A stretch of DNA of 64,000 bases, taken from contig JAJDNI010000090.1 of the NCBI GenBank assembly GCA_022340755.1, positions 15,897 through 79,896 of the forward strand, in the 5' to 3' direction. A program made the position numbers and the translations under genes. This document shows, piece after piece, positions 28,903 to 37,241 of this stretch. Numbering within the stretch: position 1 is the first letter of the stretch; each line of letters begins with the position of its first letter. Source of the stretch: Gemmatimonadota bacterium (lineage in GTDB: Bacteria; Gemmatimonadota; Gemmatimonadetes; Longimicrobiales; Gaopeijiaceae). A model generated the notes under the pieces. It saw nothing but the letters and a program-made list of their open reading frames with translations. It was not told where the DNA came from and did not search any database.

Positions 28903-29586
28903 TCAATCCGTGAGGAGCGACAGAACCCATCGGGTGTCGGAAAGGTCCGGCACCACCCGGTCGGCCCCGGCCCCCTCGAGGTCGGAGATCGCGTAGCGCC
29001 CGGTGGCCACGCCGAGCGTCCTCATGCCCGTCTTCCGACCGCACTGGATGTCCCTGGGCGTGTCCCCCACGACCACGGCCTGATCCGGAGAGAAGGCGAC
29101 CCCCCACTCCGTGTGGGCGCGATCCAGCGCGATGGCCGGAAGCTCGTCGCGCTCCTCGTGATCCGAGCCGAAGCTCCCCGTCCGGAACCGATTCCAGATC
29201 CCGGCGGACCCGAGCTTCAGCTCCGCACCCCGCACGATGTTGCCCGTCATGAGACCCAGAGCCACGCCGTCGTGATCCACGGCGGCATCGAGGAGCGCGA
29301 CCACTCCCGGAAGCACCTGCATGGGTTGGGTGTGCAGCCGCTCCTCGAGGTGGGTCACGTAGCGATCCCACAGGCGCGGGAAGCCGGCATCGATGTCCGC
29401 CTCGGAGAACCCCGCGCCTCGGAGCAGCTCCCTGGCGATCTGAGGGTCCGTCTTGCCGGCGAAGTTGTGTGCTTCGATGGCCCCGGCCGTGCCGAACGTC
29501 TCCATGAGAGCCAGGTGGAAGGCGCTCTTCGCGGGTCCACCGGCCACCAACGTTCCGTCGATGTCGAAGAGCAGCAACCGCCTCAA
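28903..29586 (-). CDS. HAD family hydrolase (phosphoglycolate phosphatase-like)
   Basis: The product contains LLFDIDGTLV, MTGN, and VVGDTPRD. Confidence 0.8.
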   Translation of the reverse strand: MRRLLLFDIDGTLVAGGPAKSAFHLALMETFGTAGAIEAHNFAGKTDPQIARELLRGAGFSEADIDAGFPRLWDRYVTHLEERLHTQPMQVLPGVVALLDAAVDHDGVALGLMTGNIVRGAELKLGSAGIWNRFRTGSFGSDHEERDELPAIALDRAHTEWGVAFSPDQAVVVGDTPRDIQCGRKTGMRTLGVATGRYAISDLEGAGADRVVPDLSDTRWVLSLLTD

Positions 29587-30533
29587 CGCGTGCCCTCCGT
29601 CACCGCGCGGATGATGGCGGCCTCCAGCGCCGCCTGAGAGGCAGCCCCGAGGGCGAGCACCTCCCGCGAGCTGAGCGGCTGCTCCTCCGGGGCCGTCGAC
29701 ACGGCGAAGACCACGTCACCGTCGAAGGGCGTGTGCACCGGAGAGATCCGTCGGGCCAACGCGTTGGCCGCCACGCGCGCCACGCGACCGAGATCCGTCT
29801 TTCCCAGAGGCATGTCGGTGGCCACGATCGCCAACGTGGTGTTCGTCCCGGCTACCGGGGACCGGGTTCGCCGGCTCATCTCGCCCGCTTCGACGCCTCC
29901 CTTCCGGAGCACCGCCGCCGCATCCAGGAACGATCCGTCGGGACCACGCGCGCCCACCACGATGTGGCCCCCGTCGTCGAGGACGTCGCCGAGGGCGTTC
30001 ACCACGGCCAAAGCGCCCACGCGGAACTCGCCGAAGGGCACGCTCCAGGCTCCGAACCCGCCGGCCATGGCGCCCTCGGGCCCGGCGATCTTGCCCACAG
30101 TAGCGCCGGAGCCCACCCCGACGCGTCCCTCCGCGAAGCCGCCTGCCCGGGCATCTTCGCAGGCGGCGTCGCCGGTCTCCGCGTCCGGTCTGGGGGCATC
30201 GGCGTGGAGGTCGAAGATCACCGCCGCCGGCACGATGGGGACGGGCACCACGCCGGTGTCGTAGCCTCGCCCCTTCCCCTCCAGCCACGTCATGACCCCG
30301 TCTGCGGCCGCCAGCCCGAAGGCCGACCCCCCCGTGAGGAGGATCGCGTCCGCCCGGGGAACCAGGTGATGCGGCGAGAGCGCATCCAGCTCGCGTGTGC
30401 CCGTGGCGAGCCCTCGCACCTCCACCGCTCCCCGGAACGGGCCCAGGACGACCGTGCATCCGGTATGCCCGCCGTACGCCTGCCCATGCCCCACGGCCAG
30501 GCCGGGAACGAAGGGCTCCACCTTGTCGATCAC
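29583..30533 (-). CDS. P1/S58 family peptidase (DmpA-like aminopeptidase)
   Basis: The product contains GHTGCTVVL, LLTGGSAFGL, and TNTTLAIVATD (self-processing region). Confidence 0.85.
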   Translation of the reverse strand: MIDKVEPFVPGLAVGHGQAYGGHTGCTVVLGPFRGAVEVRGLATGTRELDALSPHHLVPRADAILLTGGSAFGLAAADGVMTWLEGKGRGYDTGVVPVPIVPAAVIFDLHADAPRPDAETGDAACEDARAGGFAEGRVGVGSGATVGKIAGPEGAMAGGFGAWSVPFGEFRVGALAVVNALGDVLDDGGHIVVGARGPDGSFLDAAAVLRKGGVEAGEMSRRTRSPVAGTNTTLAIVATDMPLGKTDLGRVARVAANALARRISPVHTPFDGDVVFAVSTAPEEQPLSSREVLALGAASQAALEAAIIRAVTEGTR

Positions 30534-31501
30534 GCCAACTCCGCGAGGAAGGACGGGTCCAGGTTGCCACCGCTTAGCACCGCGGCGACGTGCGCACCCC
30601 TCGTGTCCACCTTCCTGGCCAGCAGCGCCGCTGTCGTGGCCGCTCCGGAGAACTCCACCACGAGCTTCTGTCGATTCAACAGGAGCGCCGTGGCCTCGCG
30701 GATGGCATCGTCGTCGACGGTGACGACATCGTCCAGCAGCGCCTCAGCGTGCTCGAAGGTGAGGTCTCCGGCGATGACGGGCTTGAGCCCGTCCGCGATG
30801 GTCTCCACCGAGGGCAGCAGTGTGGGCGCCCCGTTGTCCAGGGCGGCCCGCATGGACGCGGCGCCCTCCGGCTCCACACCGATGACCTGTGCGCCCGGCA
30901 CCATGCGCTTGATCGCCGCCGCGACGCCGCTGGCCAGCCCACCGCCACCGATGGGAGCCAGCACGAAATCCACGTCACTCCACTCGCGAGCGATCTCCAG
31001 CCCTACCGTGCCCTGTCCGGCAATGATGTGCCGATGATCGAAGGGGGGCACGACGACCAACTCCTCCTCCTCCGCGATGGCCTCGGCACGCCGCTTCCGC
31101 TCCACCGACGTGGTCCCCTCGAAGACGACCTCTCCCCCGAGTCGCCGAACTCCCTCCACCTTCACCTTCGGCGCCGTCGTCGGCATGACCACCACCACCC
31201 GCACTCCCCGAAGCCTCCCCGCCAGCGCGACCGCCTGCCCGTGATTCCCGGAGGAATAGGTGATGATGCCCTGCTCGGCCTGATGGTCCGGCAGCTGCGA
31301 GACGAAGTTGTAGGCGCCCCGGATCTTGAACGACCCTGCCCGTTGCAGGCTCTCGCACTTCAGGCGGACCTCGGCGCCCACGGCGTCCGAAACGGCATCG
31401 GCGAAGAGCAGAGGAGTCCTCACGGCTACGCCCGCAAGGCGTCGCGCCGCGGATTCGATCTCGGTCAGGCCTACGAGTCCCTCGCCCTGGACCTCGCTCA
31501 T
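30530..31501 (-). CDS. Threonine/serine dehydratase (PLP, short form without a regulatory domain)
   Basis: It has the motif [12 protein letters not shown] and GGGGL. It overlaps the gyrA stop by 4 nt (ATGA). Confidence 0.85.
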   Translation of the reverse strand: MSEVQGEGLVGLTEIESAARRLAGVAVRTPLLFADAVSDAVGAEVRLKCESLQRAGSFKIRGAYNFVSQLPDHQAEQGIITYSSGNHGQAVALAGRLRGVRVVVVMPTTAPKVKVEGVRRLGGEVVFEGTTSVERKRRAEAIAEEEELVVVPPFDHRHIIAGQGTVGLEIAREWSDVDFVLAPIGGGGLASGVAAAIKRMVPGAQVIGVEPEGAASMRAALDNGAPTLLPSVETIADGLKPVIAGDLTFEHAEALLDDVVTVDDDAIREATALLLNRQKLVVEFSGAATTAALLARKVDTRGAHVAAVLSGGNLDPSFLAELA

Positions 31502-34065
31502 TCTTCGGAATCGCCTCCGCCCACCTCCCCTGTGGGCTCCCGAGTCGCATCGACCTCTTCGAGCGCGGACGGCGAGTCTCCCAGCTCATCCCCATCCTCG
31601 CCGCTCTCCTCACCATCCTCGTCCTCGGCGATGACTCTGGCCACGTCGACGAGGATGTCGCCCTGATCGAGGTTCATGAGTTTGACCCCCTGGGTCGCGC
31701 GCCCGATGAGCGAGATCTCGTCCACGCGCTGGCGGTTCACGACGCCGTGACGGGTAATAAGCATGAGCTGCTCCTCCTCGGTGACCGACTTGATGGCCAC
31801 CACCCGCCCGGTTCTCGACGAGACCCTCAGGTTGATCACGCCCTTGCCGCCGCGCTTCTGCAGTCTGTACGCCCCCACATCCGTCCGCTTGCCCATGCCG
31901 TGGTCGGACACGACGAGCAGCGTCGAGTCGGGACGTACCACCACCATCCCCACGACGAAGTCCTCGCCCGACAGGTCGACTCCTCTCACGCCCTCGGTGG
32001 CACGCCCCATGGGCCGGGCATCCTCCTCGTTGAAGCGGATGGCCATGCCATTCCGGGTGGCGAGGACGATCTCGTCCTGTCCGGACGTGATTTGCACGTC
32101 GATGAGCTCGTCGCCCTCACGGATGTTGATGGCGTTGAGGCCCACCGCCCGCACGTTGCCGTAAGCGGAAAGGGCCGTCTTCTTCACCACTCCCTTCCGC
32201 GTGCAGAACATGAGGTACTTGTCGTCGGCGAACTCGCGGACCGGCACCACCGCCGCCATCGCCTCATCGTCGGACAGGTTGAGGAGGTTGACGATGGGCT
32301 TGCCCCGGGAGTGGCGCCCTCCTTCGGGCAACTCCCACACCTTGAGCCAGTAGCACTGGCCCCGCCGGGTGAAGATCATGAGGTAGTCGTGGGTCGAGGC
32401 GACGAAGAGGTGCTCCACCCAGTCCTCGTCCTTGGTCCCCATGCCCTGGAGCCCTCGGCCACCGCGGCGCTGGGCGCGATACGTGTCCACCGGCAGCCGC
32501 TTGACGTAGCCCTGGTGCGACACCGTGATGACCATGTCCTCTTCGACGATGAGATCCTCGACGTCGAAGGACCCCACGGCTCCCGTGATCTCGGTACGCC
32601 GCTCGTTGCCGTACTTGTCCGAGATCTCCTGGAGCTCGCCCTTGAGGATCGTCATCCGGCGCGCCTCCGACGCGAGGATGTCCCTCAGGTCCTCGATGGT
32701 CGCCCTCACCTCCGCCAGCTCTTCCTCGAGCTTCTCGATCTCCAGCCCGGTCAGACGTGCCAGACGCATGTCCAGGATGGCCTTGGCCTGGCGCTCGGAA
32801 AGCTCGAAGCGCTCCTGCAGGGTCGCGCTGGCGGTCTCGGTGTCCTTGGAGCCCCGAATGATCTCGATGACCTCGTCGATGTTGTCGACGGCGACCTTGA
32901 GGCCCTCGAGGATGTGCTCGCGATCCAGCGCCTTGTCCAGGTCGAACTGGCTGCGTCGCACGATGACCGTCAGGCGATGCTCGATGAAGTGCCGGAGCAT
33001 CTCCCGCAAGGACATCACCTGAGGCACGCCGTCCACCAGCGCCAGCATGATGGTGCCGAATGTGGACTGCATCTGCGTGTGCTTGTAGAGCTGGTTCAGC
33101 ACGATGTGCGGTACGGCATCGCGCTTCAGCTCCACCACGATGCGCATCCCCTCACGGTCGGACTCGTCGCGCAGGTCGCGGATCTCCAGGACCTTCTTGT
33201 CCCGCACGAGCTGAGCGATCTGCTCGATGAGCCGGGACTTGTTCACCATGAAGGGGATCTCGGTGATGACGATCCGCTCCGAGTTGGCGTCGATCTGCTC
33301 GATCTCGGCCCGAGCCCTCATGACGACGCGACCCCGCCCCGTCCTGTACGCGTCCTGGATGCCTTCACGGCCGCACACGAATGCACCGGTGGGGAAGTCG
33401 GGGCCCTGAACGATGGCCTCGAGCTGCTCCTGGGGCAGATCGGGGTCGTCCACCAACGCGGCCGTTGCCTTCACGATCTCCCGCAGGTTGTGCGGCGGGA
33501 TGTTCGTGGCCATGCCGACGGCAATGCCGGACGAGCCGTTGACCAACAGGTTGGGGACCTTCGCCGGCAGCACCGTGGGCTCGGGGATACGTCCGTCGAA
33601 GTTCGGAACGAACTGGACGGTCTCCTTGTCGATGTCGGCGAGGAGCTCGATGGCCAACGGCGTCAGCCTGGCCTCAGTGTACCGGTAGGCCGCCGCCGAG
33701 TCGCCGTCGATGGAGCCGAAGTTCCCCTGGCCGTCCACCAGCGGATAGCGCAGGGAGAAATCCTGCACCATGCGCACCAGGGACTCGTAGACGGACGCGT
33801 CGCCATGGGGGTGGAATTTGCCCAGCACCTCACCGACGACGGTGGCGCTCTTCCTGTAGGCCCTGCCCGGCGAGAGGCCGAGCTCGCTCATGGCATACAG
33901 GATGCGCCGATGCACGGGCTTCAGGCCGTCGCGCACGTCGGGTAGCGCGCGCTGCACGATGACGCTCATCGAGTAGTCGATGAACGACTCCCTCATCTCG
34001 TCCTCGAGGAAGCGCGTCAACACCTGCTCGCCGCCGTTCCCCTTGAGATCGAGCTCGTCCGCCAT
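31498..34065 (-). CDS. gyrA: DNA gyrase subunit A
   Basis: The product contains [19 protein letters not shown], the AAYRYTE active-site Tyr region, a GyrA-box/beta-pinwheel C-terminal domain, and an acidic tail. Confidence 0.97.
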   Translation of the reverse strand: MADELDLKGNGGEQVLTRFLEDEMRESFIDYSMSVIVQRALPDVRDGLKPVHRRILYAMSELGLSPGRAYRKSATVVGEVLGKFHPHGDASVYESLVRMVQDFSLRYPLVDGQGNFGSIDGDSAAAYRYTEARLTPLAIELLADIDKETVQFVPNFDGRIPEPTVLPAKVPNLLVNGSSGIAVGMATNIPPHNLREIVKATAALVDDPDLPQEQLEAIVQGPDFPTGAFVCGREGIQDAYRTGRGRVVMRARAEIEQIDANSERIVITEIPFMVNKSRLIEQIAQLVRDKKVLEIRDLRDESDREGMRIVVELKRDAVPHIVLNQLYKHTQMQSTFGTIMLALVDGVPQVMSLREMLRHFIEHRLTVIVRRSQFDLDKALDREHILEGLKVAVDNIDEVIEIIRGSKDTETASATLQERFELSERQAKAILDMRLARLTGLEIEKLEEELAEVRATIEDLRDILASEARRMTILKGELQEISDKYGNERRTEITGAVGSFDVEDLIVEEDMVITVSHQGYVKRLPVDTYRAQRRGGRGLQGMGTKDEDWVEHLFVASTHDYLMIFTRRGQCYWLKVWELPEGGRHSRGKPIVNLLNLSDDEAMAAVVPVREFADDKYLMFCTRKGVVKKTALSAYGNVRAVGLNAINIREGDELIDVQITSGQDEIVLATRNGMAIRFNEEDARPMGRATEGVRGVDLSGEDFVVGMVVVRPDSTLLVVSDHGMGKRTDVGAYRLQKRGGKGVINLRVSSRTGRVVAIKSVTEEEQLMLITRHGVVNRQRVDEISLIGRATQGVKLMNLDQGDILVDVARVIAEDEDGEESGEDGDELGDSPSALEEVDATREPTGEVGGGDSEE

Positions 34066-34152
34066 ACCTAACAGTCCGTGAAAGAAGTACGGTGGCCCGC
34101 GTCCCGCGCGCCACGGAAAGTGCCTTCGTCTTCCAGATGTCGCACCGGTGAT

Positions 34153-34542
34153 TCAGCCCTGGACCGACAGCCCGACCCAACCGCAGGTCTCGCATTCCCG
34201 CCGAGCGATGCTCTCGCCCATGACGACACCCAGAAGCCGGTGACGCCTCCGGCGCTTCACGCGCCGGGTGCGGCTTCCGCAGTGGGGACACAGGTACCCT
34301 ACGGCGCGCACGTCCGCCCGAGCCCGCGAGGACCACAGGAGCACCACGCCCAGCGCCAGACCCACCAGAAGCGTGCAGACGCCCGCTTCGAAGCGAAGCG
34401 GGGAAATCTGGAACTCGGCCCCGGCAAGGATGGCTCCGACCCCGGCCCGGAGGCGGTCGAGGACCAAGGAACCCACCTGGGTGGCGAGCTGAAGGCCGAC
34501 CAGGATGAGGGTCAGGGAAATGAATGCCAGGCTTCGGCGCAA
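34153..34542 (-). CDS. Hypothetical membrane protein with a C-terminal zinc ribbon
   Basis: It has two TM segments, then CPHCG...CETCG (CxxC-N25-CxxC). Confidence 0.45.
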   Translation of the reverse strand: MRRSLAFISLTLILVGLQLATQVGSLVLDRLRAGVGAILAGAEFQISPLRFEAGVCTLLVGLALGVVLLWSSRARADVRAVGYLCPHCGSRTRRVKRRRRHRLLGVVMGESIARRECETCGWVGLSVQG

Positions 34543-34666
34543 ACTCGTTCTCTCGGCGGTCCCGGGGGCAGGGTCACGGCGCTATGCTGGTGCGCCAGAA
34601 AGCACATCGAGCGCCTGGATGGCCGGGGCCCTCCGGGACGCTCCTTAGACATTGAAAAATAACCCT

Positions 34667-35680
34667 TTACGCCACCGTCACGAAGTCCTGGAGCTCCCGT
34701 AGGCCGTGCGACCGGAGCAGGTCCCGGAGCTCCGAACGGACCCCCGGTTGGCCGACGGCGGCAATGTGGAGACACTCCCTTAGAGACAGCCCCCCGCGGG
34801 TCTCCAGAACCGGCGCTCCATGGACGTTCTGGCCGATCTTCCGCGGGTCCACCTCCACGAAGGCGAGAACACGGGACCCGGCCGCCAAGAGCGCCCTGGC
34901 GAAGGCCTTCCCCACCGGCCCCGCACCCCAGATCACCGCACCGTGTCGACCCCGCAGCAACGTCCGGCGCAGGTAGTGGACCTTGCACCGTACGAAGGCC
35001 TCGGGAGAATACCTGGGGTCGCTCCGATGGAGTCGTCGGTCCCCCTCCCTCCACCGTAGGAGCACATCCGGGACGCGACCCAGTCGGCCGCCGGCTTCCC
35101 AGAGGCGGAGAGCGAGGTCGTAGTCCTCCGCCCATCCGGGATCGTGGTACCCTCCAACCACACTGATTGCGGCGGCCCGCATGAAGAACGTGGGGTGAGG
35201 CAGCGGGCATTCCACGAAGATCTCCCGCTCGAGCTCCTCGGTGCCCAGGGGCTCGTTCAGCCAGGCCTCGTAGCGACGCGCCCCGTCCCGCACCGCCCTT
35301 CTGGGGAAGTAGCGAACGCCCGTTCCGCACAGGACCAGAGACGGATCCGCATCCATGAAGCCCCGTTGGCGCTCCACCCGGCTCGGCTCACATACGTCGT
35401 CCGCGTCCATCCGCGCCAGGTATCGCCCCCGGGCCGCGGACCGGGCCTGCTCCAGCGCCGGCACGATGCCGGCGGCAGGCTGGGCGTGGACACGGACCCG
35501 CCGGTCCCGGCGTGCCCAATCCTCGAGAATCTCCCTGGTCGCATCCGTGGACCCGTCGTCGACGGCGAGCACTTCGAAGTCTGCATCGGTCTGGGTCTCG
35601 AGGGACGCGATAGCGTCAGCGAGGTGATCTTCACCGTCGCGCACCGGAAGGAGAATGGAGACCGTGGGTGCGGCGCTCAG
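34667..35680 (-). CDS. Family 2 glycosyltransferase fused to a C-terminal Rossmann-like (PglD_N/CoA-binding-like) domain
   Basis: It has a GT2 N-terminal region (VSILLPVRDGE, VLAVDDGSTD, DADD) and a C-terminal VIWGAGPVGKAFARALLAAGSRVLAFVEVD. The start is unresolved: the only ATGs (35791-35812) overlap the upstream gene by more than 110 nt, whereas the CTG at 35680 gives a CTGA stop/start overlap. Confidence 0.7.
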   Translation of the reverse strand: MSAAPTVSILLPVRDGEDHLADAIASLETQTDADFEVLAVDDGSTDATREILEDWARRDRRVRVHAQPAAGIVPALEQARSAARGRYLARMDADDVCEPSRVERQRGFMDADPSLVLCGTGVRYFPRRAVRDGARRYEAWLNEPLGTEELEREIFVECPLPHPTFFMRAAAISVVGGYHDPGWAEDYDLALRLWEAGGRLGRVPDVLLRWREGDRRLHRSDPRYSPEAFVRCKVHYLRRTLLRGRHGAVIWGAGPVGKAFARALLAAGSRVLAFVEVDPRKIGQNVHGAPVLETRGGLSLRECLHIAAVGQPGVRSELRDLLRSHGLRELQDFVTVA

Positions 35681-37179
35681 CCGACTCGGCTCCGGGCCGC
35701 GCGCTTCCGCCGGATGTAGTCCGACACGTGGCTCCCGTAGACGTCCACGAAGTCTTCCAGACAGTCGGACCCGCGCACGGTGCCACGGCATCGCGGCGCG
35801 CCACATGTGCATGAGAAGGCGGGCATCCGCTCGTCGTAGAAGGTGGCGTAGTCCAGCGTGATCTCCTCACCCGCCGCGATGGGGCGTCGGGCCACCACGT
35901 CCAGCCCCTCCAGCCAGGCCGAAGGCTCACACGCGTGATTCAAGGGCCGCCACTCCTCGGGATCCTCGCTCCACGTCACCCAGACCTCGTCCGTAAGAGG
36001 CCACGCATAACGCCCGAACCACTCCTTGTGCCGCGCATCCCAGGATGCCTCCACGTGGGAGAGGGTGACGAGGTGGTGCGGGTGCTCCTCGAAGACGATG
36101 ACGCGCTCCCCTGGAGCGAAGTCCCGCGTCGCGAACATGCCGTAGTCCCCTCCGGGACGCGGGAGCACCCGCCATCCCCGGGCGCGCTGCCGGTGTCGCT
36201 TCAGCGCCGCCTCGATCACCTGGCGCGTGAAGCCCGCGTGTCCCGCGGGATCGTTGAGCAGGATGAGGTCCGCGCTCCCCGGATCCGTGGGCGGATAGTA
36301 GAGCCCACAGTTGGGGTTGATCTCCAGCATGAAGGCCCGTCCCTGGGCGTCGACTCGGACGTCGCAGCGCCCGTAGCTCGATCCCCGTATGCCCAGGAAG
36401 AAGCGGGATGCGCTCTCTCGGAGAAGCGCGTCCATCGCCGGGTCCTCCACCGGGAAAGCCTCGAGGCCGTCGTAGTTGACCCACTTGATGTTGTAGTGCT
36501 TGAAGGACTCCCCCTCGGGGAAGCGGTACTGGATGGGTTGATACGCCGTCGGGTGCGCGGGGTCCTCGGGGTTCTCAGCCACCAGCACCGTGCATTCCGT
36601 CCCCTCGATGAACTCCTCGATGAGCGCTGCGCCGTAGTGGTGGATCATCTCCCCCGCGCGCTCATGAAGCTGCTCCGGCGTCTCCACGCGCGAATGCTCG
36701 GTGATCCCGTTGCTGGCGTAGCTGCTCGGGTGCTTGACGAAGAGGGGGAAGCGTAGGGTGCGCTCGGCGTGAATCACCTCGGCCTCGGTGCGGGCGATCA
36801 CGTATTCAGGGGTATCGATGTCCCAGGCCCGGCACACGCGCTTCATGGCCTCGCGCGTCGGCTCGAAGAACTCGCTGGTCGCGCCGGTGAACGGCAGATC
36901 CAGCCACTCCAGCGTCTGCACGACCTCGATCCCGACGCGACCTTCGTCCCACGCACCGTCGCACAGGTTGAAGTAGAGGTCGTACCCCTCTCGTGAAGCC
37001 TCGAGGATCTGTGCCACCGCCGATTCCTTCTCGAGGGTGAGCACCGCCCACTCGGCCTCCGGATAGAAGGGCCTGGGGTCGCACGGCCAGTCGTCCTCGG
37101 GGAACGGATCGAGGTCGAGATCCTGGTCGGTCAGAAGACAGATGCGCATCGCGTCGTGTTCAACGAGGGGGACGTTCAC
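35677..37179 (-). CDS. ATP-grasp (D-Ala-D-Ala ligase-like) domain fused to a SET-domain protein methyltransferase
   Basis: ATP-grasp motifs are present: FPLFVKHPSSYASNGI, LIEEFIEGTECTVLV, and GRCDVRVD..FMLEINPNCGL. SET motifs are present: GDYGMFATRDFAPGERV, LNHACEPS, GEEITLDY, and post-SET CTCGAPRCRG. The start is either GTG 37179 or ATG 37149. Confidence 0.75.
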   Translation of the reverse strand: MNVPLVEHDAMRICLLTDQDLDLDPFPEDDWPCDPRPFYPEAEWAVLTLEKESAVAQILEASREGYDLYFNLCDGAWDEGRVGIEVVQTLEWLDLPFTGATSEFFEPTREAMKRVCRAWDIDTPEYVIARTEAEVIHAERTLRFPLFVKHPSSYASNGITEHSRVETPEQLHERAGEMIHHYGAALIEEFIEGTECTVLVAENPEDPAHPTAYQPIQYRFPEGESFKHYNIKWVNYDGLEAFPVEDPAMDALLRESASRFFLGIRGSSYGRCDVRVDAQGRAFMLEINPNCGLYYPPTDPGSADLILLNDPAGHAGFTRQVIEAALKRHRQRARGWRVLPRPGGDYGMFATRDFAPGERVIVFEEHPHHLVTLSHVEASWDARHKEWFGRYAWPLTDEVWVTWSEDPEEWRPLNHACEPSAWLEGLDVVARRPIAAGEEITLDYATFYDERMPAFSCTCGAPRCRGTVRGSDCLEDFVDVYGSHVSDYIRRKRAARSRVG

Positions 37180-37241
37180 ATCACGACTGCGTCAATGATC
37201 GGTCAAAGCGCTCACCATCGCTATACCGCCGACACGCATCG

